From positions 1 through 56,046 of the forward strand of contig CANRBK010000001.1 of the NCBI GenBank assembly GCA_947628845.1: a stretch of DNA of 56,046 bases, read 5' to 3'. Position 1 is the stretch's first letter, and every line of letters begins with the position of its first letter. This stretch comes from an uncultured Clostridia bacterium. Lineage in GTDB: Bacteria > Bacillota > Clostridia > TANB77 > CAG-508. The translations under genes and the position numbers were made by a program. A model generated the notes under the pieces. The model ran no database searches and was not told the origin of the DNA. It saw nothing but the letters and a program-made list of their open reading frames with translations. This document shows positions 1 through 10,500 of the stretch, piece after piece.

Positions 1-2
1 AT

Positions 3-3000
3 ATAATTGTAAGAATAACAGAACAAACACCAAAAGTAGGCTATTTAGTAGATAATAAAACAAAAGAGATAATAATAAATAGAGTAAATGGAGAAGTAAC
101 AGTATTACGTATAGATCCTACAGACTTAGATGTAGAACAAAATGGAAATAAAGATAATCTTCAAGTTAATTTATATAGCAAAAAGAAAGAAGAACAAAAT
201 GTAGTAAAAGTAAAATTGGTTGATAGTGAAGAACAAGATGTAGCTGTTGGAGCAGGAATAGTTTACACATTAGAAGATACAGAGACAGGAACTACTTATG
301 GTCCATCAGTTTCAGATAGAAACGGAGAATTATCATTTATAATAGGAACAAAAGGAGAAGGATCACATCAATACAGATTAATATTAGATAATAATACTAT
401 ACCAACAGAATATGACAAAACAGAGAATTTAGGAGATATAACATTTAATCTAATATTTGATCAGGGTGGATATATCATAGATAAAAATACAATAGATAAT
501 AAGCTTGTAGTAAAAGAATATTGTTCAGTTGTAGATAATCAACAAACTAAAGAATATACAGCATTTATACACATTGGTTATGAAATGGAAAAAAGTAATA
601 CAATTGAATTTAAAGTAAACTTAAAAGAGTATGAAGCGAGTACACCAATTGAAGGAGCATCATACAATCTTGATATAGAGTGGGAAGTAAATGGAATAAC
701 TAGAACAAAAACAATTGTAGGAAGAAAAACAAATAATTCAGGAGAACTATCTACACGTATAGTAAAAGGTAATAATCTAAGAATTAATGTTACAGAAGTA
801 TCAGCAAGTGTTGGATATACAATGGATAGTACAACACAAGAGATAGAATTACAATTTCTAAATAATAGTAATATAAAAATAACACAATCACCTTATGATT
901 ATACTAAAGCAGATGCTAAAGGAAAATATCAAGGTGCACATGAAACTACTACAGATGTTGTTGTATATGAACATTTGAATAGACTAAGATCAACAGAAGA
1001 CACATATATAAACTTAACAGTAAATAAGCAAGACATGAATGGAGCATATGTTAGTGGAATACCATTACTTATAACATCTGATACATTACAAGATAAACAA
1101 CAACAACAATTAAAATTAGTAGCTACTACAGATGTTAATGGAACAGTTGCTATAGATTATTCTCAATATTTAAAAGATATGATAAACGAAGAAACTATTA
1201 GAGCTCCAGGAATAAAAACGGATTCTGATGAAATAGTTTACTACTTAAATGTATCTGAGGCAGAGTTAGTACCACAATCAAGTGAATATGTTGAAAAAGC
1301 AGGAACAAGAGTAACATTAAGATTAATATTCAGATATGCAGATGGTAGAGTAAGATTAACAAATGTAGAAACAATCTATGGAAATAGATTATTAGTTAAA
1401 TCACAAAATGGTGGCAAGATATTCTCAAGTTCTTCAGATACTGCTGCAGGACAACAACTTGAAAATTCTTTAGGAATATTTTTAGCAAATATAACATTGG
1501 ATTTATACACAAACTATGATGAAATAGGAAACTTGTCTTTAGATTTCAAAAAGATAAATGATATTAATGAAGAATTAGTGGGAGCTAAATATAATATAAA
1601 AGTTACAAATCCAGATGGTACAGTAGTTAGAAAAGAAATGGAAATTTCAAATGGACAATTTAGCTCAGATATAGAAATATCAGGAGTAAACGTAAATCAA
1701 GATAGTATAATAGAATTAACAGAAATAGAAGCACCAGTAGGATATGAAGTAAATGAAAATACAGAAACATTAGAAGTAACAAGTATAGCACAAGATGGAA
1801 CAATTACATTAACACACAAAGATCAATCATATAGTCCTAGCAGATTAAACTTACAACAGAAAGCATCAACTAATACAGCATCAGGAAATGTAAAAACAAA
1901 CTATGAAATAACATTTGTAGATTATCAATTAGATACATTCCAATTTGAAATAACAACAAAAGATTCAAAAGATAAAAGTGCTGTAGGAGGATATGGATTT
2001 AAAGTAGATACAAGTAAAGGTGCTACAAAAATAATAACAACATCTTCATCTGGAGTGGGCTCAGCAAAAGTCGGAGGAAGTGTAGAAAGTAACCAAATTA
2101 CATATACTATTTCAGTTAATAAAGTTGCAGAATATTATAAGCCATTAAGTGGTTTAATACATGTAATAGTAGAATTTGATCAATTTGGAAATGTTGATTT
2201 TGCTAAAACAAAAGCAGCACAGACTGATCCTGGACATGGTAAAATTTGGGACATAATAGCATTAGAAGATCAAAAAATTGGAATACAAATTTTAGTAGAT
2301 CATCAAGATCCATTAGTTGTAAAAGTAAAAACATTAGATAAAATAACAGAGGCACCAATACAAGAAGTTGATTATAAAGTACAACCATCAATGCAATTAG
2401 AAGCAATTGGAAAAACTGATATACAAGTAGGATATGTTTTAGAAAATGGTATTAAAACATACACTATTACACAAACACAAATAAAAGATTCATATCAAAT
2501 GGCAGAACCAAAAACATTTACAATAACATATCAAAATGAAGATGTAGATAGTGTGACTTTAGAAGGTCAAGCTAGTGGTACAACTGGTAAAAATGATAGT
2601 ATACAAAAAACAGGAACAAGAGAAGTAACCATAACAATATATGTTGAACCAAAAGTACCATTTGAAATAAAAGATGTATATTATTTTAATGAAACTCAAG
2701 GATTACAAGGAGCAAGTTTTGAAATAACATCATTAAGAAATAATGATACAGCTAGAGGAACAACAGATGCCCAAGGAATATTAGGGTTATATTCAGATAT
2801 ATTAGGTAAGCAAAATAATGATAAAGTTATGTACAAAGTTAGACAAACTAAAGCTGCTAGTGGATATGCAACAGTAGAGGATTTCTATGTAGAGGTTACA
2901 TATGATCAAGACAGAAAAATACAAGATGCAAAATTAGTAACTGAACATGGAGATGATGTATCAAATAATAGATTTGTAAAGGTAGGAAAGAGAACATCAA

Positions 3001-6000
3001 CATTAACAGAATATAATAAAAATGAACAAGGGGTAGTAACAATAACAATAAAACATTACCCAGAATTTCAAATATTAATTAAAGACTTAGATAGAAGAAA
3101 TGGAACAGATCCAGTAGCTGGTACTGAATATAGCGTTAAATCTACATATGAACAAGATAATAATGTAGTTGACTTTACTCAGACATCAGGAGTTGTAACT
3201 GATAGCACAGGGCTTGGAACAGCACATTTAGATAGGACAAAAGATGATACAACTGTAACATATGTTGTAAAAGAAACATCTCCAGCAACAGATTACCAAA
3301 CATTAGGAACAGATATAGAAATAGAAGTAGAATTTGATAGTAGTGGATATGTAAAAAATGTTCAAGTAAAAAATGATACTATTCTAAACAAGATAGAGCA
3401 TGCAAGTTTAAGAAGTAATATTAATAATCAACTTAATCCAGAAGATCATTTCAGAGTTGATTTGGAATTAAAAAATAATCCAATATTACAATTTAATTTA
3501 ACAGCACAAGATAGTGTGAACTCTAATACAAAAATAAAAGATATAGGATTCCAAATTGTAAGTAAACAAGATGGTGATGAAGATACAATATATTCAAATT
3601 CAGCGAATATAAACAAAGTAAATTTAACAGGAACTCCACAAACATCATATACAGATGGTAAAGGAGAGACACAATCATATTTGGATAGAACTTTGGATAA
3701 TGAAGTAATGCTTTATACAATTAAAGAAGTGCAAAAATCTCCAGGATATGAATGGAATGATACAGATATAGTAATAAAAGTCACATACGATAATAATGGA
3801 CAAATATCACAAACAGCAATAGATAAAGGAAATGGATTTATAAGTATAGATTCATATAATAAAAATGAATTCGAAATTAATATAACAATATTAAATGACG
3901 AAATAAAAGAATTTGGTATACATTTAACAACAGAAGATACATATGATACATCTAAAAGATTAAATGATATCGAAGTAGAAGCCTTTTTAACAGAAGGAAA
4001 TGCATATCAATCAGATGGTGAATATGAACTGATTGGAGACAATAGTTTAAAAACAGGTGCAGATAGAAACCAAGATGGTATACCAGACATAACATATGGA
4101 GAAGATTATGAGTCAATAGGACAATATATAGAAGGGGCAGGAGAAAGGACATTAAGATTAATAGTAAAAAATGATGCCTCAGACAAAGGTGGATATTATT
4201 TAGATAGTACAGATAATTCAAAATCTGGAGATAATATAGGATACTATTTAGGAAACCAATATTTTGAAAATGCAAAATATCAAGCACATAGTTATTGCTA
4301 TATAATAAATGTCAAATTTTCAGATGAAGGGAAAATAGAGGAAGCAAAATTAGTATCTGGAGGTCTAATAACAGGAATAGGACAATGGTCTGCAAATACA
4401 GATTATGTGCAAACAATAGGAGATACATTAAATATATTACATACGGATTATAAATTAAATATTACTATGAAATTTTTCCCAATGTTTAACTTAAATGTAA
4501 ATGCAATGGATAATTACACATATTCAAGTGAAATTAAAACAAATATAGATCAGTTACCAAATGTATTACCAGGAGCTAAATATAGAATAAGTACATCAAG
4601 ACATGATTTAGGTATTCATCCAGATGAATATGTCAAAGCAGGATATATAGGAAATTCATCTTATGGTGGTGTAATTTATGAAGGTATAGATGAAATGTTT
4701 GTACCAATAGAGAAAGGTAAATCAAGATTGTTCTTTGTATTTGAAGAAAATGAACCAACAAATTACCAAACATATACAGACAGATATATGACATTATATA
4801 GTCAAAGATTAGTTGCAATTATAAGTGTAACATTTAATGAAAAAGGAGAAATTGATCAACAGAAAACTCAGTCAGGAGAGAGAATAGATGAAAATGGTAA
4901 TATAACTAAACCTTATCTAGGTGAAGGTGGAGAGATATTATCAAGTAATAACTTACAAGAATATAATTATTTGGCAAAATTTGACAGCTGTGGAGAAGCT
5001 GGAAATGTATCTACTAAAATGAAATTTTACATTGGATATGCTTTAACCACAACTTTAAATGTAACAGCAATAGATGATATATCAGGAAATCCAATATCAA
5101 ACATAAAAATGTATCCTTTTGAAAATAAACAGACATATCCAATTAACAATAATATATGTGTAACAAACACATCTTATGAATATAATGTTTATTCATATAG
5201 ATATACCAATAGCCAAGGAAAATTTAGTATAAAATACTGGGGAGCAGCGCATAATGCCAACTCAAATCAATACATAATAGGATCTGAAAGACAAGGAAAC
5301 GATTATAATGGATATCTATTCCCAGACGATATGGCAAGTGCACAATTAGGAGGAAATGGAGATAAAAAATCTTATTATGCAAAAATAGATGTAACATATG
5401 ATGCAAATGGAAAAATTGCAAGTGTAACATCTCTAGGAAAAGACTTATGGGGAGATAACAATGCAATAGATATATCTTGGGATTCTGAAACAGGTAATGT
5501 ATACGTTAAGATGTTATATAGTAGAAAATTCCAAATGACATTAAACAAAGTAGACTTTTACGATAGTACAATAAATGGATTATTTGCAACATTTAATGTA
5601 ACATCAGATAAAGGTTTAACAACAACAATTAATGCTAAAAAAATGACACCTATGGGAAAAGTATATAAAAATCAAACAGTTAAATATACATTATCAGAAA
5701 CAGAAACTCCAGATAAATATTATCCAATAGGACAAAATATAGATTTCAATGTAACATTTGATGAAAATGGAAATATAGGAAAAAATACAATAAAATCTAA
5801 GAATGAATATTTTGAAGTAGAAATGACTACAAATGATACAGAAAAAATAAATAAAACACAACCAGATTTGACAATAAATATTAAGAACAAACCAGCATTT
5901 TGTATTGATTTAAAAATAATAGATAAATTTTATAGGAGTGAAGGAATACCAAACATTAATTTATCTGTTACAAATAGCAAAAATGATAAAGCACTAGGAA

Positions 6001-9000
6001 GCCCACAAACAGATAAAAATGGATATGCAAAAATTATTATAGGACCTGCATATATAAATGAAACAGTAACGTATGAAATAAGTCAAAATAGTCAAGCACC
6101 AGGTTATTATATGAATAACACTACTGTAAAATTAGAAGTTGAATTTAATGAAGTTGGAAAAATACAAAGATATAGCATAATAGCTGGAGATGATGTAGTA
6201 TATCAATTTAGTCCAGATGCATATTTAAATACAAGAGAAATTTCAATGCAAATTATGAATATGCCAGAAAATTTAAAAATAGGTCTATATAAATATGATA
6301 AGATAAAAGATGAACCTATGGCAGGAATAGGATTTACAATAACAAAAACAAATATAAGTTCAATGCAAACAACTAATAAAACAATAACAACTACTCAAGA
6401 TGGTACAATAGTTGAAAATATAGATACATTTACTAAAACAAATCAAGGAGAAGTTATTAAATATACAATACATGAAGATAAAACACCAGAGACATATAGA
6501 GGAATGGAAGATGTAGAATTTTTAGTAAGGTATAATGCAGATGGAAGTATAGCGTCATTTAACCAAGTACCAAATGCTAAAGGAATTTTGAATACAAAAG
6601 TTGACCTAGAAGTAGCAATAGGAACAATGAAAACTTTAAATGACCAAAAAGTACACTTTGTTGCAAAAATTCCAAATGATAATGCATTTGATATTATAAT
6701 AAAAAATGAGGATACTAACTATAGTAAATTGGGAATAGAAGATTCTATATTTGACTTAAGTATAAATGGAGTAGAATATCAACTTGAACCAACAGATGAA
6801 AATGGACAAACATCAGTTACAGATATAACTGAATCAGGAATAATAGATATTCAAGTTTCTCAAAAAACAGTAGGAGAAGGGTATAGATCAGACATAGCAA
6901 ATAATACTCATATAAAATTAGACAAAGGAATAACTACATATAGTTTAAACTTAGTTACTGGAACAGATGGATTAGTAAATGATAAACAAGCTACGACATT
7001 AAAAGCTAATGTAGAAGTTGACGAAGAATATGGAACAATAACAATAACATTTAAAAATGAAACACTAACAGAGTTAACATTAATAAAACAAGATAAAGAT
7101 AAAAAAGAAACTTTAGAAGGAATACAATTTGAAGTAAAAGCAAGACAAGTTAATGATCAAGGACAATCACTTAATAATGAAAGAACATTAACAGTTACAG
7201 GAAAAGATACTACAGATGCAAATGGAGAAATATACTTTGATTTAGGTGTTGCACCAAAACAAGAAATATGGGAATATAGCTTTGTAGAAGTATCAACACC
7301 ACCAGAATATCAAGAAAATGGCGAATTAGTAATGACAGTAAGATATGACCAATATGGTAGAATTATTAGCCAAGAATCAAATAAACAAAGTAAACTAGTT
7401 CCAACATTAAAAAATGATAATGAAAATTGCAGAAATATGTATGTAGTTATATACAATGAAAAGATTCAAGAGCCAGAAATAGGAGATGATGGACAGCCTA
7501 TAATACCACCACCAACATATACGGTAAAAGTTGTTACTGAAGATGTTGATACAGGAAAAAGAATAAGTGGTTCAAGTATATATATAAACATGACAGATGC
7601 AAATGGAGATTTAATAACAGTAGAACCAAAAACATCAGCATCAGCAAATAATGGAACTACATCTGTAACAGGAAATTTGGGAATAGATGGAAGTATGTAT
7701 ACAGATGAACAAATAGAAGAAGGAGCTCCAATTATAATAGAAAAAGGTTTAACTTATATAGATAACATAGATTATGAAGGAACTCTAAATATAGATGTAA
7801 GCCAACAAAAAACAGCAGAAGGATATGTATTTGGAGACCATACATCTGGAAATGTTCAAGTAGATGTTAAATATATACCACCAGTAGTTCAAAATGGAGA
7901 GCCAACATTAACATTCAATGTAACACAAAATGCAGGCTTTACTGTAATAGCTGATCAAACAAATAGAATAATAACAATAAAAATAACAAATAAATCACAA
8001 GTTCTATTTGATATAACTACACAAGAATATAAAACAAAGGCAGAATCAGAAACTGTATATATACAAGGAGTAAATTATATTATTACATCTGAAATTTTAT
8101 CAGCAATAAATAGTGAACCAACAGACTTAAATGAAACAACACAAATCTCAGATGAAAAAGGTAAAACTCAAGGAAATGTTGGTCGTGCATATGCAGGACA
8201 AACAATACTATATACTTTACATCAAAATACACCATTAGGATATAAGCCTATAGATGATATACAAGTAGAGGTAACATATGACTCTAGAGGATATATAAAA
8301 TACTATGAAGTATTAAGCTCAGAAGATAATTGCTATATTGATGAAGAAAATACAGAAGATAGACATTTAGCATTAATAGTTGTAAATAAAAAAGAAATAG
8401 TTCCATATAGAGTTAATGTAGAAAAACGTGCTGAAGATACAGATGAAGAACAAGATGCATACTCAAAATTATTGCAAGGAGCTAAATATAGAATAACTGT
8501 AAATCAAGCATATGGAGGGGCAGAGACTACAACATGGACTGATGTTACAGATACAGAAGGGTTAATAAAAGGTTTAGTATTTAATGGATTCGGATATATA
8601 ACAATAACAATTGAAGAAATAGAAGCACCAGATGGATACCAAATAGATATTACAAGAAAATATGAATTATATAGAGATCCAATTACAGGAGATATAAGGA
8701 CAATAAATTCTAATGTTAACCTAAGTGACAAAATAGAAACAGACGAACAAGGTAATATGATAATAAAACTTATACCAGTAGATAGACAATTAAATAACAA
8801 ATTTACGTTAATACTTAATAAATATTCAGCATTAACAGATAAGTATATAACAGAAAGTCAAGCATTATTTAATGCACAATTAATAAGAAAAGATGAAGAT
8901 GGTAATGTTATTTATCAAGATAAAATAGACAATATATACACAGATAAAAATGGTAAAGCAATAATAGACAATCAAGATATGCCAGATGAAGAAGGAACAT

Positions 9001-10466
9001 ACACATTAGTAATTACTGAAGTTGAAGCACCAGAAGGATACGAAAAATTAGTAGATTCTATAGAGATACCAGTAACATTTGGAAAAGATTCAGAAGACAA
9101 TATAATAATTACTGGAGTAAATGTAGATGGATTACAAAATGTAAAAACTACAAAAGTTAACAAACAATTGATAGGAATAAGCATTGGAAATGAAGCTGTA
9201 GGAGAAGAAATTTTAGAGGATGAATATTCTCTTGATATAACAAAAGTAGATGGAAAAACTGGTGAAGCAATAGAAAATATGGCAATATTCAAAGTTCTAT
9301 TACCAGATGAAAATAAAACTTCAGTTTATACAGAAACAATGGAAACAATATTAGGACCTGGTAAATTAGATTATTGTTATATTGAACAAGATAAAGATTA
9401 TCAAGTAAGATTAACACATATGAAATTGCCAACAGAAGAAACAACTTTAAAATATGTATTTAAAGAGATAGTACCACCTGATGGATATAGTGGCATAGAA
9501 GATGAAATGGAATTAGCAATACAATTTAAGTATGATGATACAACACAAAAAATGTATATAGCAAGTGCTAAATCAAATAGTCAATATCTAAGAGTAAATA
9601 CTATAACTCCTTGTCAAACAGATACAAGACTAAGTATAGATATCTTAAATGATGAAGGATTACCAATTGTAGTTCACTATGATGCAAATGATAATGGGGA
9701 AGGAACTCAAGTTCCAGCTGATCAAACAAAAGAAAGAGGTACAGACCTACAATTAAGTAATGATCAACCACAAAGAAAAGGATATATCTTTAGAGGTTGG
9801 GCAAAGACAGCAGATGCAACACAAGCTCAATATCAACCTGGAGGAATATTCACAGAAGATGAAAGTACAACATTATATGCAGTATGGGAAGAAGAACCAT
9901 TATATCTAAGATCAGATGTATATATAATCTCTAATGAAGACAATTATGCAGAAGATAGCAACTATTCAGAGTATGTAGATGGAGACACATATATATTTGG
10001 TATAATACCTGCTATAGGAAATAAAAGAGATGAACCAGAACTTTTAGGAACAGATAAAGCTAAATTTTTAGAAAATATACAAACAAATGCTGATCATATC
10101 TCAATAATAGATATAGATAATAGTGAATTAGAAAATGATGACGGACTAATAGTAACAGAAATGAAACTTGTATTAACTAAAGGAAATGACACAATAGAAG
10201 TAACACTAATTGTAATGGGAGATACAAATTCAGATGGTATATTAAATGGAGCTGATACATCAAACTCTGCAAACAATATAACAAAGGGAGATAAATCACA
10301 TTTTACAAAAGCACAAGAGTTAGCATTAGATGTTGATTTAGATGGAATAATAAGAGGATCAGATTTGAGTAAAATAAGAAATGTAAAAACAAATGAAATG
10401 CAAGGTGCCGAAATGCTAAGAGATGAAATTAAAAAATTAAAAGACTATCTTAATGGAAAAGTATAA
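3..10466 (+). CDS. Giant surface stalk adhesin-like protein, 5'-truncated by the window (>3,480 aa visible): tandem SpaA/Cna-B-like Ig-fold units, one Listeria-Bacteroides repeat, X-module, C-terminal dockerin
   Basis: The frame is open from base 3, with no stop before the caller's TTG at 216, to the TAA at 10464-10466. At least 15 tandem units carry the motif (I/V)TE-x-x-AP-x-GY (LTEIEAPVGYEVN, IEEIEAPDGYQID, ITEVEAPEGYEKL, and others). 9668-9894 encodes VVHYDANDNGEG...KGYIFRGWAKT...LYAVWEE, a Listeria-Bacteroides repeat. The C-terminus carries two EF-hand-like loops. Confidence 0.85.
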   Translation: MIVRITEQTPKVGYLVDNKTKEIIINRVNGEVTVLRIDPTDLDVEQNGNKDNLQVNLYSKKKEEQNVVKVKLVDSEEQDVAVGAGIVYTLEDTETGTTYGPSVSDRNGELSFIIGTKGEGSHQYRLILDNNTIPTEYDKTENLGDITFNLIFDQGGYIIDKNTIDNKLVVKEYCSVVDNQQTKEYTAFIHIGYEMEKSNTIEFKVNLKEYEASTPIEGASYNLDIEWEVNGITRTKTIVGRKTNNSGELSTRIVKGNNLRINVTEVSASVGYTMDSTTQEIELQFLNNSNIKITQSPYDYTKADAKGKYQGAHETTTDVVVYEHLNRLRSTEDTYINLTVNKQDMNGAYVSGIPLLITSDTLQDKQQQQLKLVATTDVNGTVAIDYSQYLKDMINEETIRAPGIKTDSDEIVYYLNVSEAELVPQSSEYVEKAGTRVTLRLIFRYADGRVRLTNVETIYGNRLLVKSQNGGKIFSSSSDTAAGQQLENSLGIFLANITLDLYTNYDEIGNLSLDFKKINDINEELVGAKYNIKVTNPDGTVVRKEMEISNGQFSSDIEISGVNVNQDSIIELTEIEAPVGYEVNENTETLEVTSIAQDGTITLTHKDQSYSPSRLNLQQKASTNTASGNVKTNYEITFVDYQLDTFQFEITTKDSKDKSAVGGYGFKVDTSKGATKIITTSSSGVGSAKVGGSVESNQITYTISVNKVAEYYKPLSGLIHVIVEFDQFGNVDFAKTKAAQTDPGHGKIWDIIALEDQKIGIQILVDHQDPLVVKVKTLDKITEAPIQEVDYKVQPSMQLEAIGKTDIQVGYVLENGIKTYTITQTQIKDSYQMAEPKTFTITYQNEDVDSVTLEGQASGTTGKNDSIQKTGTREVTITIYVEPKVPFEIKDVYYFNETQGLQGASFEITSLRNNDTARGTTDAQGILGLYSDILGKQNNDKVMYKVRQTKAASGYATVEDFYVEVTYDQDRKIQDAKLVTEHGDDVSNNRFVKVGKRTSTLTEYNKNEQGVVTITIKHYPEFQILIKDLDRRNGTDPVAGTEYSVKSTYEQDNNVVDFTQTSGVVTDSTGLGTAHLDRTKDDTTVTYVVKETSPATDYQTLGTDIEIEVEFDSSGYVKNVQVKNDTILNKIEHASLRSNINNQLNPEDHFRVDLELKNNPILQFNLTAQDSVNSNTKIKDIGFQIVSKQDGDEDTIYSNSANINKVNLTGTPQTSYTDGKGETQSYLDRTLDNEVMLYTIKEVQKSPGYEWNDTDIVIKVTYDNNGQISQTAIDKGNGFISIDSYNKNEFEINITILNDEIKEFGIHLTTEDTYDTSKRLNDIEVEAFLTEGNAYQSDGEYELIGDNSLKTGADRNQDGIPDITYGEDYESIGQYIEGAGERTLRLIVKNDASDKGGYYLDSTDNSKSGDNIGYYLGNQYFENAKYQAHSYCYIINVKFSDEGKIEEAKLVSGGLITGIGQWSANTDYVQTIGDTLNILHTDYKLNITMKFFPMFNLNVNAMDNYTYSSEIKTNIDQLPNVLPGAKYRISTSRHDLGIHPDEYVKAGYIGNSSYGGVIYEGIDEMFVPIEKGKSRLFFVFEENEPTNYQTYTDRYMTLYSQRLVAIISVTFNEKGEIDQQKTQSGERIDENGNITKPYLGEGGEILSSNNLQEYNYLAKFDSCGEAGNVSTKMKFYIGYALTTTLNVTAIDDISGNPISNIKMYPFENKQTYPINNNICVTNTSYEYNVYSYRYTNSQGKFSIKYWGAAHNANSNQYIIGSERQGNDYNGYLFPDDMASAQLGGNGDKKSYYAKIDVTYDANGKIASVTSLGKDLWGDNNAIDISWDSETGNVYVKMLYSRKFQMTLNKVDFYDSTINGLFATFNVTSDKGLTTTINAKKMTPMGKVYKNQTVKYTLSETETPDKYYPIGQNIDFNVTFDENGNIGKNTIKSKNEYFEVEMTTNDTEKINKTQPDLTINIKNKPAFCIDLKIIDKFYRSEGIPNINLSVTNSKNDKALGSPQTDKNGYAKIIIGPAYINETVTYEISQNSQAPGYYMNNTTVKLEVEFNEVGKIQRYSIIAGDDVVYQFSPDAYLNTREISMQIMNMPENLKIGLYKYDKIKDEPMAGIGFTITKTNISSMQTTNKTITTTQDGTIVENIDTFTKTNQGEVIKYTIHEDKTPETYRGMEDVEFLVRYNADGSIASFNQVPNAKGILNTKVDLEVAIGTMKTLNDQKVHFVAKIPNDNAFDIIIKNEDTNYSKLGIEDSIFDLSINGVEYQLEPTDENGQTSVTDITESGIIDIQVSQKTVGEGYRSDIANNTHIKLDKGITTYSLNLVTGTDGLVNDKQATTLKANVEVDEEYGTITITFKNETLTELTLIKQDKDKKETLEGIQFEVKARQVNDQGQSLNNERTLTVTGKDTTDANGEIYFDLGVAPKQEIWEYSFVEVSTPPEYQENGELVMTVRYDQYGRIISQESNKQSKLVPTLKNDNENCRNMYVVIYNEKIQEPEIGDDGQPIIPPPTYTVKVVTEDVDTGKRISGSSIYINMTDANGDLITVEPKTSASANNGTTSVTGNLGIDGSMYTDEQIEEGAPIIIEKGLTYIDNIDYEGTLNIDVSQQKTAEGYVFGDHTSGNVQVDVKYIPPVVQNGEPTLTFNVTQNAGFTVIADQTNRIITIKITNKSQVLFDITTQEYKTKAESETVYIQGVNYIITSEILSAINSEPTDLNETTQISDEKGKTQGNVGRAYAGQTILYTLHQNTPLGYKPIDDIQVEVTYDSRGYIKYYEVLSSEDNCYIDEENTEDRHLALIVVNKKEIVPYRVNVEKRAEDTDEEQDAYSKLLQGAKYRITVNQAYGGAETTTWTDVTDTEGLIKGLVFNGFGYITITIEEIEAPDGYQIDITRKYELYRDPITGDIRTINSNVNLSDKIETDEQGNMIIKLIPVDRQLNNKFTLILNKYSALTDKYITESQALFNAQLIRKDEDGNVIYQDKIDNIYTDKNGKAIIDNQDMPDEEGTYTLVITEVEAPEGYEKLVDSIEIPVTFGKDSEDNIIITGVNVDGLQNVKTTKVNKQLIGISIGNEAVGEEILEDEYSLDITKVDGKTGEAIENMAIFKVLLPDENKTSVYTETMETILGPGKLDYCYIEQDKDYQVRLTHMKLPTEETTLKYVFKEIVPPDGYSGIEDEMELAIQFKYDDTTQKMYIASAKSNSQYLRVNTITPCQTDTRLSIDILNDEGLPIVVHYDANDNGEGTQVPADQTKERGTDLQLSNDQPQRKGYIFRGWAKTADATQAQYQPGGIFTEDESTTLYAVWEEEPLYLRSDVYIISNEDNYAEDSNYSEYVDGDTYIFGIIPAIGNKRDEPELLGTDKAKFLENIQTNADHISIIDIDNSELENDDGLIVTEMKLVLTKGNDTIEVTLIVMGDTNSDGILNGADTSNSANNITKGDKSHFTKAQELALDVDLDGIIRGSDLSKIRNVKTNEMQGAEMLRDEIKKLKDYLNGKV
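10217..10385 (+). other. Dockerin module (class B) of the giant adhesin
   Basis: Two 12-residue Ca-loop signatures, DTNSDGILNGAD and DVDLDGIIRGSD (D/N at positions 1, 3, 5, G at 6, D at 12), each followed by a short helix. Confidence 0.7.
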
Positions 10467-10500
10467 AAGGTTATATTAAGAAATGAAGGAGGTGTATAAA

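Noticed and set aside
2203-10276. Nine antisense ORFs of 60-111 aa inside the giant adhesin gene (2203..2406, 3523..3720, 3952..4287, 4633..4818, 5224..5466, 8504..8800, 8972..9292, 10094..10276 and similar).
   Set aside because: All lie wholly inside a long, repeat-structured sense ORF. Their products are Leu/Phe/Ile/Ser-rich low-complexity strings, as expected from reading AT-rich codons backwards, and none has an RBS. They are treated as caller noise.
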